A stretch of DNA of 64,000 nt from assembly GCA_965223865.1 (NCBI GenBank), contig OZ245020.1, positions 1,792,001 to 1,856,000 of the forward strand, in the 5' to 3' direction. This document shows positions 48,850 through 59,236 of the stretch, in pieces. The position numbers and the translations under genes are program-made. The notes beneath the pieces are model-generated. The model did no database searches. It saw nothing but the letters and a program-made list of their open reading frames with translations, and was not told the origin of the DNA. The first letter of the stretch is position 1, and every line of letters starts with the position of its first letter. This DNA comes from Nitrosarchaeum sp. (lineage in GTDB: Archaea; Thermoproteota; Nitrososphaeria; Nitrososphaerales; Nitrosopumilaceae).

Positions 48850-49509
48850 CTAGTCTGTTTTTGTGTGAGAAGCGATTCTCTCTTCACTAGGTCTATGTTT
48901 TCCAGTAACAATGTAATTAATTGCATCAGTCATAAATACGGCATGATCACCTATTCTTTCTAAATATCTTAAAAGTAAAGCTTCAGCGAGTGCACATTTA
49001 GTATCTTTTGATTCAATTAATTTAGGAAGTCTGTCTTTGTAAATTCTATCAATAAAGCGCTCATCTTCTCGTATTTTTGCTGCCTTTCGAACATCTAGTT
49101 CAGCAAACGACATTATTGATTCTCTTATCATATGTTTTACTTTTTTTGAAGATTCAACTAGAGATGCGTTTTTACACTCAGAGATGTCTCCGAACAAATC
49201 TCTAACCAAAGTGATATCATATGCATATCTACCAAATCTTGAAAAAGCGTAAGAGATTTCAGTAGATGAGCGGATAAATCTAAAGTCATCTGCAACAGGT
49301 TGATACTTTAGTAACATATCAAACGTCAAATCTTCAACTTCAAAGTACTTGTTACGTATCGCATCAGATAACTGTAGTACTTTGGCTTTCGTGTTTGTTC
49401 CATCAAGGTAAGAATCAATGGCAAGAGAAACTGATTCTATTACCATATCACCCATCTCAGCCATGATAAATGAGAGTTTTTGTAACGATGGGTCTATTAG
49501 ACGAGTCAT
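48850..49509 (-). CDS. phoU: Phosphate uptake regulator PhoU
   Basis: YQPVA.D.R, YLERIGDHA; follows pstB. Confidence 0.9.
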   Translation of the reverse strand: MTRLIDPSLQKLSFIMAEMGDMVIESVSLAIDSYLDGTNTKAKVLQLSDAIRNKYFEVEDLTFDMLLKYQPVADDFRFIRSSTEISYAFSRFGRYAYDITLVRDLFGDISECKNASLVESSKKVKHMIRESIMSFAELDVRKAAKIREDERFIDRIYKDRLPKLIESKDTKCALAEALLLRYLERIGDHAVFMTDAINYIVTGKHRPSEERIASHTKTD

Positions 49510-50349
49510 TTATCCAAATTGACCTTGAACATATTTTGCAGTCAATTCATTTTTTGGATCTGTAAAGAGTTTCTTTGTCTCTCGAAATTCAATCAAATCA
49601 CCAAGGTACATAAATCCAGTATAATCAGACACTCTTACTGCTTGTTGCATGTTATGAGTCACAATGATGATTGTATACTCTTTTTTTAATTCTGTAATTG
49701 TTTCTTCAATTTTTTGAGTAGCTATTGGGTCTAGTGCTGATGCAGGTTCATCCATGAGTAACACTTCAGGTTGAATTGCCAATGCTCTTGCAATGCATAA
49801 TCTTTGTTGCTGACCTCCAGACAATTCTATTGCAGATTTTTTCAGATCCCCCTTCACTTCATCCCAAAGATATGCCATCTTTAGTGAATCCTCTACAATT
49901 TCATCTAGAATTTTTTTATCTCTTACACCGTTTAGTTTTAGACCTGCAGTGACGTTATCATAAATAGACATGGTTGGAAATGGATTTGGTTTTTGAAATA
50001 CCATTCCAACTTTTCTTCTGTGATAAATAGGATCAATAGACTTGTCATAAAGATCAATGTTATCAATCATTACTTTTCCTTCAACTTTGGCATTTTTTGT
50101 CATGTCATGCATTCTGTTTAGGCATCTAAGAAATGTAGTTTTTCCACATCCAGAGGGACCAATTAAAGCAGTAACAGATTTTTCAGGAAATTTCATTGTG
50201 ATGTTTTTAACAGCAGCAATATCACCATAACTTATTGTAACATTTTCTGCGATCATTTTGTATTTTTTTTCTATTTCAGGTGGTGAAGTGGGAGGTTCTG
50301 AAACAGAAGAACTATCCAAAGTGGGAGGATTAATGGTCAACGCTGTCAT
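49510..50349 (-). CDS. pstB: Phosphate ABC transporter ATPase
   Basis: [36 protein letters not shown]. Confidence 0.96.
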   Translation of the reverse strand: MTALTINPPTLDSSSVSEPPTSPPEIEKKYKMIAENVTISYGDIAAVKNITMKFPEKSVTALIGPSGCGKTTFLRCLNRMHDMTKNAKVEGKVMIDNIDLYDKSIDPIYHRRKVGMVFQKPNPFPTMSIYDNVTAGLKLNGVRDKKILDEIVEDSLKMAYLWDEVKGDLKKSAIELSGGQQQRLCIARALAIQPEVLLMDEPASALDPIATQKIEETITELKKEYTIIIVTHNMQQAVRVSDYTGFMYLGDLIEFRETKKLFTDPKNELTAKYVQGQFG

Positions 50350-51272
50350 TTTGTGTTAGACGCTCCTCGTTTAATTAATCGTCCTAATATTCCATTTCCT
50401 TTTCTGCTTGCAAAGTAGTAACGGACTCCAAGATTAATGCCAAGAATTATTATTATCAAAACCAAAGCAGCCCCCCAACCTTGAAGTTGTGCACTATCAT
50501 AAGGCAATAATGACAATCTCCAGATCCTCAGTGGAAGTGCATCCATTGGTACATCCATGCTGCTAAAGAATTGACTGCTTCCAAGAATTGTCATTATTAG
50601 TGGAGCAGTCTCACCACCAATCCTAGAAACTGAAAGTAGTATTCCAGTAATCATACCACTTTTTGCAGCAGAAATCACAATTCTAAGAGTAATGACCCAT
50701 TTTTTGAGACCCAAAGCGGTACCGGCCTCACGATAAGTTACAGGAACCATCTTCAAAGATTCCTCTGTAGTTCTAGCAACAATTGGGAACATAATCAAAG
50801 ATAATGCAAATGCACCTGCCCATACAGAGAAATGGCCCAGTATCAAGACAATCATCAGAAATGCAAAGATGCCCATAACAATTGAAGGAAATTCCATAAA
50901 GACATCGTTAAAGAATCGAATACTCTTTGCTAGTTTATTATCACCATACTCTGAAAGAAAAATTCCAGACATTACTCCTACTGGAACTCCAATAAGACTA
51001 GATAATCCAATGATTATCAGAGTACCTTGAATAGCAGGACCAATACCTCCTTCACCAGAGCCAATTGAACCAGGTACTGCAGTTAAAAATTCGTAATTTA
51101 TAGCTACTGCACCATTTTTGAAAACCTCAACTAAGATACTACCAAGTGGAATAATAGCAATTATCACACATGCAAAAACTACGATTCGCACTGCCTTGTC
51201 AACAACTAGTCGCTTCTCAACATTTTGTTTGAAAAGAGATCTGTATTCCTGTCTTCTTTGTTGTGTAGTCAG
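50346..51272 (-). CDS. pstA: Phosphate ABC transporter permease PstA (probable CTG start at 51272; first GTG at 51191)
   Basis: GGIGPAI.GT, PSIV.G.F, R.TEE.L..VP..REA..ALG, R..GETAP. Confidence 0.93.
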   Translation of the reverse strand: MTTQQRRQEYRSLFKQNVEKRLVVDKAVRIVVFACVIIAIIPLGSILVEVFKNGAVAINYEFLTAVPGSIGSGEGGIGPAIQGTLIIIGLSSLIGVPVGVMSGIFLSEYGDNKLAKSIRFFNDVFMEFPSIVMGIFAFLMIVLILGHFSVWAGAFALSLIMFPIVARTTEESLKMVPVTYREAGTALGLKKWVITLRIVISAAKSGMITGILLSVSRIGGETAPLIMTILGSSQFFSSMDVPMDALPLRIWRLSLLPYDSAQLQGWGAALVLIIIILGINLGVRYYFASRKGNGILGRLIKRGASNTK

Positions 51273-52240
51273 TTGTTAATTGCACCTTCCTTTACTTTAA
51301 GCATTCTAGTTACCAGTATGTGAGCTACAACGTTGATTCCAATTGCTATTAAAAGCAGAGTCACAGCTACACCCATCAAAGCTGCTAAATGAAGTTCCGA
51401 CGAGGCATCATTAAACTGATTGGCAATAATACTAGACATTGTTTGAGATGGATGAAATAAAGATGGAGCGATTGCTTTAATTCCAGTAGTATTTCCAATT
51501 AACATTGTAACTGCCATTGTTTCACCAACAGCTCTTCCTAATCCAAGAATTGAAGCTCCTATCAAACCAGTTTTAGAGTATGGAAATACAGCCAGTTTGA
51601 ACATTTCCCATTTTGTTGCTCCAAGCATATATGCTGCTTCTTTTTGTTGTTGAGGAACTGCTTTCATCACTTCACGCGATACAGCCGAAACAGTAGGAAT
51701 AATCATAATTGCTAGAATCACACTAGCGGTAAGAATATCTAATCCAAAAGGGGTTCCTGAAAAAAGCCAAATATTATCTCCAAATGTATTATGTAACGGC
51801 TTTTCAATCCAGTCTACAAAATATACTCTAAAAACAAAAAGTCCCCATAGTCCATAAATTACACTTGGAACCGCGGCTAATAATTCAACAAGAAATCCTA
51901 ATGGACCTCCAATTTTTGCTGGAGCATCAGAAATGAACATTGCAATTCCAATGCTGAGTGGAACACCAATAGCCATAGCTATTGCAGAGGTAGCAAGAGT
52001 TCCAAATACATATGGAAGTGCACCAAAGGCTTCACGACCCTCAACTTCATTCCATTCAGTGCTTGTGATAAAAGACAATCCATTTTCTTCCCATATAGGA
52101 TAAGATTCTGAAATGAGCTGAAATGCCAAAAGAGCAATTATCAATATAACATAAATGCCAGCTACAGTTGCACCAATCTTGAAAATTTTATCTGAAATTG
52201 GTCGTCTTCCAATTTTTGTAGTTAGATTTACTTTTCTCAC
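51269..52240 (-). CDS. pstC: Phosphate ABC transporter permease PstC
   Basis: ELLAAVPSVIYGLWG, LGLGRAVGETMAV. Confidence 0.95.
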   Translation of the reverse strand: MRKVNLTTKIGRRPISDKIFKIGATVAGIYVILIIALLAFQLISESYPIWEENGLSFITSTEWNEVEGREAFGALPYVFGTLATSAIAMAIGVPLSIGIAMFISDAPAKIGGPLGFLVELLAAVPSVIYGLWGLFVFRVYFVDWIEKPLHNTFGDNIWLFSGTPFGLDILTASVILAIMIIPTVSAVSREVMKAVPQQQKEAAYMLGATKWEMFKLAVFPYSKTGLIGASILGLGRAVGETMAVTMLIGNTTGIKAIAPSLFHPSQTMSSIIANQFNDASSELHLAALMGVAVTLLLIAIGINVVAHILVTRMLKVKEGAINN

Positions 52241-52358
52241 AGTTTGTCGGCGTGAAAATGGACATATCTAAGATCTCACTATATTTTATGAGATGATCAT
52301 AGTTCTATATAGATCCTAAAGATATTGTAAATAACGAATTCAAATCAATACTGGATAA

Positions 52359-53402
52359 TTGGAATTAATTGAAAATACTAAACAAACAAGAAAAATGCAA
52401 CTGAGTGGTGGTTCTACATACATTGTTTCATTACCAAAAAACTGGATTGATGATTTAAAGATAAAAGTTGGAGAAAATGTTACCATTGTAAAAAATTCTA
52501 ATCAGTCACTAACATTATACCCAAGAGAAAAAAAGGATCCAAACAAAAAAAGAATTGCAGTAATTCCATTAAGTCAAAAAGACTCAGGAGACTCAATTAA
52601 ACGAAAAATCATTGCAGCTTATCTTGCAGGTTACAAAACAATTAAAATAAAAACAAAAGGAGTGAGAATTCAAGCAGTACAATCTAGAAGCATAAGAGAT
52701 TTGGTTCGCTCAACAATGATAGGTACTGAAATTGTAGAATCAAGTTCGGAAGTTATGGTAATTCAAATTCTTACAAGACTTCCAGAATTATCATTTGTTA
52801 CAGCTCTGAAGAGAATGTATTTGATGGCACATAATATGATTATAGAAGCAATAGAATCTTTAGAAGAAGTAGACATAGATCATGCAGATGAAGTAGTAAA
52901 CATGGATGATGAGGTAGATAGATTTGGTCTCTATATGAGGCGGAATTTGGTATTAGCAATAGAAAATGAGAATATTTTGCAAGATATGCAATTACGAAAA
53001 CCATCTGATTGTCTTGGATATAGAGCAATTGTGACTAGAATTGAAAGGATTGCAGATCATGCACGTCTAATTGCAAAACGAACAAAATTCATTGAAGAAA
53101 AAATTGAAGAAAAAATTCTTATAAAAATAAAAAATCTCTCTGAGAAATCTATCAATGTGTTTGAAAAATCAATTACAGCAGTACAAGAACATGATTTTGA
53201 GAAAGGAGAAAAGGTTGCAGAAGAAGTCAGTCAAATAATTGAAGAAGAAAAACAGATCATGAATAAAATTAAAGAAACTGAAAAAAATATCACCATCATA
53301 AGATTTGTCTTAGAAGATTTGAGAAGAATTGCAGAATATTCAAGCGATATTGCCGAAGTTGCAATTGATGAAAATATTCAAAAAATTATTTCTGAAGAAT
53401 AG
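52359..53402 (+). CDS. AbrB-PhoU fusion phosphate regulator
   Basis: N-terminal RKMQLSGGSTYIVSLPK.W (AbrB), DDEVDRF, ERIADHA. Confidence 0.92.
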   Translation: MELIENTKQTRKMQLSGGSTYIVSLPKNWIDDLKIKVGENVTIVKNSNQSLTLYPREKKDPNKKRIAVIPLSQKDSGDSIKRKIIAAYLAGYKTIKIKTKGVRIQAVQSRSIRDLVRSTMIGTEIVESSSEVMVIQILTRLPELSFVTALKRMYLMAHNMIIEAIESLEEVDIDHADEVVNMDDEVDRFGLYMRRNLVLAIENENILQDMQLRKPSDCLGYRAIVTRIERIADHARLIAKRTKFIEEKIEEKILIKIKNLSEKSINVFEKSITAVQEHDFEKGEKVAEEVSQIIEEEKQIMNKIKETEKNITIIRFVLEDLRRIAEYSSDIAEVAIDENIQKIISEE

Positions 53403-53439
53403 ACATTTTTAGTTTTTAAAAAATAAAAAGAAAAAAGAT

Positions 53440-55059
53440 CTACTGTACGTAGAATCCTGGACCCCAATCATCTGTGCTTAGTAGGTCCATACTACTTGAT
53501 GTGTTTGCTTTTTCGTATGAATTAAACATTGCATCATAGACTGGACTATATGGATGATATCCTTGGCATTCAAGATGAAATTCATTTGTCAAGGCAAATC
53601 CTTTAAAGAAACTCTCATCTTTGTCATGCTGGGTTTTTATGACATAGTCAACACTTCTGCAATTTGAATAGTTGAATTCTCGTATAGAATCTTCTCCGTA
53701 TACCAGTTGAACATCTACATCAAACAAGTCAGAAAGTGCATTTACTCCACTCACTTTTTGTCCAAGCTTTTGTGCATCATCAACATGCTTGTACAGTAAT
53801 GGATATTCCCCTGGAACTGCTACAAATTCAATAGTTGGGTAAGACCTATCCAACAAATTTCCTTGTTCAAATATTGGAAAATTAATTGTTTCTTGTCCAT
53901 CACTGAAAGTCAAAGTAGCTACAGCATGAGGACCTTGTCCCATATTGTATGAATTTACCATGTATTCATTTGATACTTTGGTAGTAGACCAAACAGGTGC
54001 ATTTCCTTTAACTTTATCATAGGTTGGATTAAGAGGAGTCATTCCAGCACATGTAAAGTCAACTTTTTCGATTAATGCAAAGCCACGTTTACCAGTGTAT
54101 CCTTCTTCCTTATCTTGATAGGTATCAATGAAAAAGGAAGATACTCTACAATCTGTAAAATCAAGGCCCCGTACCACTTTACCATTATTGGTAAATTCGA
54201 CAAGTGCCTCAAAATCAGTGTTAAAGGTACTTGACAATCCCTTGGTATTTCGTGCCTGGTTTATTGCATTATCCAATAGTGGATGGTTTATCACAGTTCC
54301 TTCTACATGAAAACTAGGACCAGAATCATCTTCTTCTTCAAAACCAGTCGTTAACTCAAAAATTGGAAACTCTATTTTTTCAGTTCCTTCATCAAATTTG
54401 AAAGTTACAAAGGTTCTTGCATCACTGGCAAATTTGAATGGAGTTTGACCATAGTCATATACTATCTGGTTTGTAGTGGAGCGTGGCTCTGATGGAATTT
54501 CATCATTTGACATTACACCACCGCATCTAAAGTCGATGTCATCTACAATTGCAAATCCTACTTTCTCATAGAATCCCCAGCTTTCATAATCATCTTTCAT
54601 TGTCTTAATTTTGTAGTCCAGAACTTCACAGTTGTAATAGTTTACATTACGTATGATTTCAGTATCATTTGAAATAACTACATTTACGTCAAAAAATCTG
54701 TAATCATATTCTAAACTACTTGATCCAGTAGACACCATTAATCTATACTTAAAAGATTCATCTAATGCCTTATGCAAATGAGGAGCCTCTTTTACTACAC
54801 CTTGAACATTAAATGTTGTTCCAACATTTGAAACAAGATCAGAGGTCATCTTAAAGACTGGAAACTCATGTGTTTCAACACCGTCTCTGAATGTGAATGT
54901 CAAAGTTGCACTAACATCATCAGCCATTTTGTATCCGGAATTTTCTTCTGCAAATGCGGAAGGAGCATTCAACAAAATAACAGACATTACTGCAAACAAA
55001 CTTAGAGTAGTCGTTATGGTTGTGTTTTTTGTAATCATTGATCTGTTCAACTGTTTCAT
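53440..55059 (-). CDS. Secreted protein made of three ~165-aa beta-rich repeats
   Basis: Signal peptide ending AFA; threefold TF.F.DG.E...FP.F...R...Y.C.V..Y...T..D.E...GFA.....F.C.G. Confidence 0.85.
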   Translation of the reverse strand: MKQLNRSMITKNTTITTTLSLFAVMSVILLNAPSAFAEENSGYKMADDVSATLTFTFRDGVETHEFPVFKMTSDLVSNVGTTFNVQGVVKEAPHLHKALDESFKYRLMVSTGSSSLEYDYRFFDVNVVISNDTEIIRNVNYYNCEVLDYKIKTMKDDYESWGFYEKVGFAIVDDIDFRCGGVMSNDEIPSEPRSTTNQIVYDYGQTPFKFASDARTFVTFKFDEGTEKIEFPIFELTTGFEEEDDSGPSFHVEGTVINHPLLDNAINQARNTKGLSSTFNTDFEALVEFTNNGKVVRGLDFTDCRVSSFFIDTYQDKEEGYTGKRGFALIEKVDFTCAGMTPLNPTYDKVKGNAPVWSTTKVSNEYMVNSYNMGQGPHAVATLTFSDGQETINFPIFEQGNLLDRSYPTIEFVAVPGEYPLLYKHVDDAQKLGQKVSGVNALSDLFDVDVQLVYGEDSIREFNYSNCRSVDYVIKTQHDKDESFFKGFALTNEFHLECQGYHPYSPVYDAMFNSYEKANTSSSMDLLSTDDWGPGFYVQ

Positions 55060-55329
55060 TACTATAAGATAGATCTTTATTCTCTCCGGATAGAATATGT
55101 TGGTAGATAGTTCTCGTAAGGCTATATAGAAAAAATTGTTATTTTAAAAATCTAAAATAAAAATTTAGAAAAGATCATTATGAGAATAAATCTAATCTAT
55201 ATCCAACACATAGATCTGCATCACTAAAAGCAATGGAAGAACTATCATTGTAAGAGTTTAACAATTGCAAAGATAGAAAATAATTCAAATATTGAAATAA
55301 ATTATTCGGAAAAAATAAAAAGAAAAAAA

Positions 55330-56583
55330 TTAGACTTGGAGAATACCCTGTGAAATAAGATACTGCAATCCGTTGATATAGTCTTGATCAGTTATCAATC
55401 CTTCTGCCCACCATCCTGCATTATCTCGAATCCATTGAGGGATTTCATATTCTGCTGTTTCTACAGCTCCTGAATATTCCCAAAGAACTTCACCATCATA
55501 GGTTACCTTTGACAAGCCTTGTTTTCCAAGTTCTACCACATTATCTGCAAGTGGAACATAAAGTAAACTTGGAGAGAATTCCTGACCATCAGTAATCATC
55601 CAATAAATTATGTGAATTACTGCTTTGGCTTGTTCTTTGTCTTTTGTTACTGATTTTAAGTCATCATACACAAGAAGGTACGTAAAACTAGCGATTGGAT
55701 ATGAATCTGAGCCTGGAGCATTTACAAGAGACACAGAAACCCAGCTTTCTTCTGCTTTAGGAAGGTTATCTCCAACTCCGCTTGAGGCAGCTGAAATGCT
55801 TTCCAAAGTAGGTTCAATGAATGCAGTTCCATCACCGTTTTGAACGTAGGCATAACTCATGCCAGTTTGAAATGCATATGCCAATTCAATATAGCCAATG
55901 GAGTATTCTGTGGATTTTACAATTCCTGCAACACCTTCATTTCCTGCAGCAGCTAATCCCAAAGGCCAAGGAACAGATTTTCCTTTGCCTATCTTTTCAT
56001 CCCATTCAGGACTAATTGCTACTAAATAATCAGTAAAGACAAAAGTAGTTCCAGAGCCATCAGAACGATGTGCAACAACAATCTCTTTGTCAGGAAGATT
56101 CAATTCTGGATTGTGTGCAGTAATTCTAGAATCGTTCCATTTTGTAATCTTTCCTAAAAAGATATCAGCAATTTCATTTCCTGTTAATTTCAATCCTTTG
56201 TTTGGAACTTCTGGTATATTGTATACAACTACAACACCTCCAATAGATTCAGGGATATGAAGTGTACCAGGTGCTGATTCTCTTTCAGATTCACTCATTG
56301 GTTTATCTGAAGCTGCAAAGTTTACGGTTTTTTCAATGTGTTGTTTTACTCCACCGCCACTTCCAATCGATTGATAGTTTAGGTTGACGTTAGAATATTC
56401 TTTGTTGTATTCCACTCTCCATAAATCAATTAGAGGAAATGGAAATGTTGCACCTGCCCCATTCAAATTAAATTCTGAATTTGGATCTGGAAGATCAGGC
56501 ATTGATTCGGCATTTGCACTAATTGGCGGTAGGATTGCAACAAGAGTTGCGATCATCAGTATTGATGTTATCTTTGTTCTCAT
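55330..56583 (-). CDS. pstS: Phosphate-binding protein PstS with C-terminal IPxWIxxNAGWW module
   Basis: GAGATFP, GSGGG, RSDGSGTT, GNEGVA, IGYIE, YPI. Confidence 0.95.
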   Translation of the reverse strand: MRTKITSILMIATLVAILPPISANAESMPDLPDPNSEFNLNGAGATFPFPLIDLWRVEYNKEYSNVNLNYQSIGSGGGVKQHIEKTVNFAASDKPMSESERESAPGTLHIPESIGGVVVVYNIPEVPNKGLKLTGNEIADIFLGKITKWNDSRITAHNPELNLPDKEIVVAHRSDGSGTTFVFTDYLVAISPEWDEKIGKGKSVPWPLGLAAAGNEGVAGIVKSTEYSIGYIELAYAFQTGMSYAYVQNGDGTAFIEPTLESISAASSGVGDNLPKAEESWVSVSLVNAPGSDSYPIASFTYLLVYDDLKSVTKDKEQAKAVIHIIYWMITDGQEFSPSLLYVPLADNVVELGKQGLSKVTYDGEVLWEYSGAVETAEYEIPQWIRDNAGWWAEGLITDQDYINGLQYLISQGILQV

Positions 56584-56715
56584 TGAGGAAACATCTTTTA
56601 CAATTTATTTACAAATAACAATCATAGATTACGGAAAAACAGTATCACCCTATTTACTATATAGAAATCAATTTATCATTTACAACTAATTGTCAGAACA
56701 TTTTTGTAATAACTG

Positions 56716-57501
56716 TCAAAATGGTTTGTTTACCTCACGAGTAAACACATAGCTTGCAAGTCCAACCATTACCAACACAAATATGCATATTATGCCAATG
56801 CTTAGAATTTCAGATATTCCACCCTCAGTTACGCCTGTCATCATACCTCTTACAAGTAAAACAGTATAGGTTACAGGGTTGAGTTTAGCTATTGCTGCAA
56901 GCCAGTCAGGCAATAATTCCAAAGGAAATAATGCAGGACTTAACATGAATAATGGCATTCCAAGAAAATTAATAATTCCCCAAAAAGTTTCCTGAGATTT
57001 TGCAGTAGCAGCTACCATTACAGATATTCCAGAAAAACCAAGAGAAAATAAAATAACGATTGCCATGATTGGTGCAATCATCCAGAGATTTGGAAAAGAG
57101 ACACCTATTGCAAGTGCAATTCCTAAAATCAAGCTTGCTTGAAGTGCAGATATTAGTGAGATTGCAAGCATCTTCCCAAGAGCAATTGATGAGCGGGAAA
57201 TAGGAGAAGTTAGTGCTTTGTTCATAAATCCATAGCGTCTATCCCAAAGAGTATTAACACCTCCAAAAATACTAGTAAAGATTGCAGTTAGAATAATTAC
57301 TCCAGGTGCCATAAACTCTATGTACTGGCCTTCAAATCCAACTGATTGAATTAATGGTTGAGTTCCTGCAAAGGTATTTCCTATTACTATAATCCAAATT
57401 GCAGGTTGTATCAGTCTAATTAAAACACCACTACGAGATTTCTTGTATCTTTTTAGCTCACGCCAAAAAATTGTATATGTATCAGATACCAAAGAACTCA
57501 T
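56716..57501 (-). CDS. ABC-2 type exporter permease
   Basis: FMAPG, DR..GF, PISR..I.LGK, NPVTY. Confidence 0.9.
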   Translation of the reverse strand: MSSLVSDTYTIFWRELKRYKKSRSGVLIRLIQPAIWIIVIGNTFAGTQPLIQSVGFEGQYIEFMAPGVIILTAIFTSIFGGVNTLWDRRYGFMNKALTSPISRSSIALGKMLAISLISALQASLILGIALAIGVSFPNLWMIAPIMAIVILFSLGFSGISVMVAATAKSQETFWGIINFLGMPLFMLSPALFPLELLPDWLAAIAKLNPVTYTVLLVRGMMTGVTEGGISEILSIGIICIFVLVMVGLASYVFTREVNKPF

Positions 57502-58517
57502 GCACGTAACCTCTTTAATTTTGCGTGTTCTCGTTTTCTATTAAATCCAGAGTCATCGTCTCTGATTTCATGTCCAGTGTATGAGATAAAGACATCATCT
57601 AATGTTGGCTGTGTTAAAGAAATAGAATTAATTTTAATATCAAGTTTTGATGAAATTTGAAAAATTTTGGGAATTACTTCTGTTCCTTTTGATGCAAAAA
57701 GGGTGAGTTTGTCATCATCTTCTTTAATATTGTTTATTGTTTCAATAGTGTTTAATTCTGAAAGAAATGATCCTATTGAATCTCTATTATCAGTAGTTAG
57801 TGTAATGACTTCATTTCCCATTGCACTTTTCATGTTTTGAGGAGAATCAATAACCTGAATCTTACCTGAATCTATTATTCCTACTCTATCACAAAGTTGA
57901 TCAGCCTCCTCCATATAGTGAGTTGTAAGGAATATGGTCATCTCAAATTCAGTGTGGATTTTTTTGATATACTGCCAAATTTTACGACGGGTTTGAATAT
58001 CCAAACCCACAGTGGGTTCATCTAGGAACAAAACTTTAGGATGATGAAGTAAACCACCTGCAATGTCAAGACGTTTTCGCATTCCACCTGAATATGTGAC
58101 AACAGGATCGTTTTGTTTATCAGATAATTCTATTAATTCTAAAACCTCGTCAATTCTTTGGTTGATTTGATCCTTAGGTATGTGATTAAGGCGAGCTTGT
58201 AAAAGAAGATTTTCACGACCTGTTAGATATTCATCAACTGTTGTTTCCTGCTGTACATAGCCAATGCTTTGACGAACTTTTTTTGACTGAGTTACAACAT
58301 TGTACCCGTTCACCAAAGCTTGTCCAGATGTTGGTTTAAGAAGAGTTGTGAGAATCATCATGGTTGTACTTTTTCCAGCACCATTTGGTCCCAAAAATCC
58401 AAAGATCTCACCATTCTCTACTGAAAAAGAAACATCATCAACTGCAGTGACAGTTCCAAATAATTTTGAAAGAGATTTTGTTTCTATAGAATACAATATT
58501 TTGATCGCTTTAATCAA
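57498..58517 (-). CDS. ABC exporter ATPase (DrrA-like)
   Basis: GPNGAGKST, YSGGMRKRL, LDEPT.GLD, TTHYMEEA, TLDDVF. Confidence 0.93.
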   Translation of the reverse strand: MIKAIKILYSIETKSLSKLFGTVTAVDDVSFSVENGEIFGFLGPNGAGKSTTMMILTTLLKPTSGQALVNGYNVVTQSKKVRQSIGYVQQETTVDEYLTGRENLLLQARLNHIPKDQINQRIDEVLELIELSDKQNDPVVTYSGGMRKRLDIAGGLLHHPKVLFLDEPTVGLDIQTRRKIWQYIKKIHTEFEMTIFLTTHYMEEADQLCDRVGIIDSGKIQVIDSPQNMKSAMGNEVITLTTDNRDSIGSFLSELNTIETINNIKEDDDKLTLFASKGTEVIPKIFQISSKLDIKINSISLTQPTLDDVFISYTGHEIRDDDSGFNRKREHAKLKRLRA

Positions 58518-58588
58518 TTATAAATTGCTAAGCGTTTTGCATAATCTATTCTCATAAAAAATTTAAAGACCAAACATAGAATGCAAAC

Positions 58589-58684
58589 ATGAAAGGGCTT
58601 TGTCAAAAGTGTCATTCATCAAATGTAGAAATTACAATTCAAGAAGGATTTCCAATATGTGAACAATGTAATAAAAAAAATTAA
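58589..58684 (+). CDS. 31-aa CxxC...CxxC zinc-ribbon microprotein
   Basis: MKGLCQKCHSSNVEITIQEGFPICEQCNKKN; TTTAAA box ~25 bp upstream. Confidence 0.65.
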   Translation: MKGLCQKCHSSNVEITIQEGFPICEQCNKKN

Positions 58685-58695
58685 TTTTTATAAAA

Positions 58696-59148
58696 TTATT
58701 CTAGTTTTTTGAATTCTTCTTTTGTAATGCCAAGAATTACTTTTTCTCCAATTCCCCAAATCTCCGATTTTGAGAGAATTTTTGAATGCATTAATCCATC
58801 ATTGATTTCGATTGATTCAAGTTCATTTGTGCGAGGATTTCTGTGAAGTCGTTTTATTTTGCCAATTTTATTACGATCAATATCGACTACTGGAATTCCA
58901 GTTCTAACAGGAGGTCTGCTGAGCAATAGAGTCTTTTCTGTGAATCTATCAATATAATCATCTGATAAGAAATAGTCTTTTTTGAATCCCTGATGGACTG
59001 TAACTCCTGAAACAAGAAGCGTATTCTGATTAATGTGAATATGTTTTACCTTACCATATTCAATTCCTTCTCTATCAATGACCTTTTTTCCAGTAAAGGT
59101 ATCTGCAGTGGCAATGTTTGAAGGCATACCTTCTAATTTTACTGACAT
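58696..59148 (-). CDS. Tandem PRC-barrel domain protein
   Basis: GK.V.D.EG...G.V and G..V.D....IGK.K repeats. Confidence 0.8.
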   Translation of the reverse strand: MSVKLEGMPSNIATADTFTGKKVIDREGIEYGKVKHIHINQNTLLVSGVTVHQGFKKDYFLSDDYIDRFTEKTLLLSRPPVRTGIPVVDIDRNKIGKIKRLHRNPRTNELESIEINDGLMHSKILSKSEIWGIGEKVILGITKEEFKKLE

Positions 59149-59236
59149 GGCACCTAATGGACAGATTTACTTATCATACCAGATATCAGAAATTTCTATC
59201 AATGAGGTTAAATTACTTGACAGAAGGTAGATTTCC

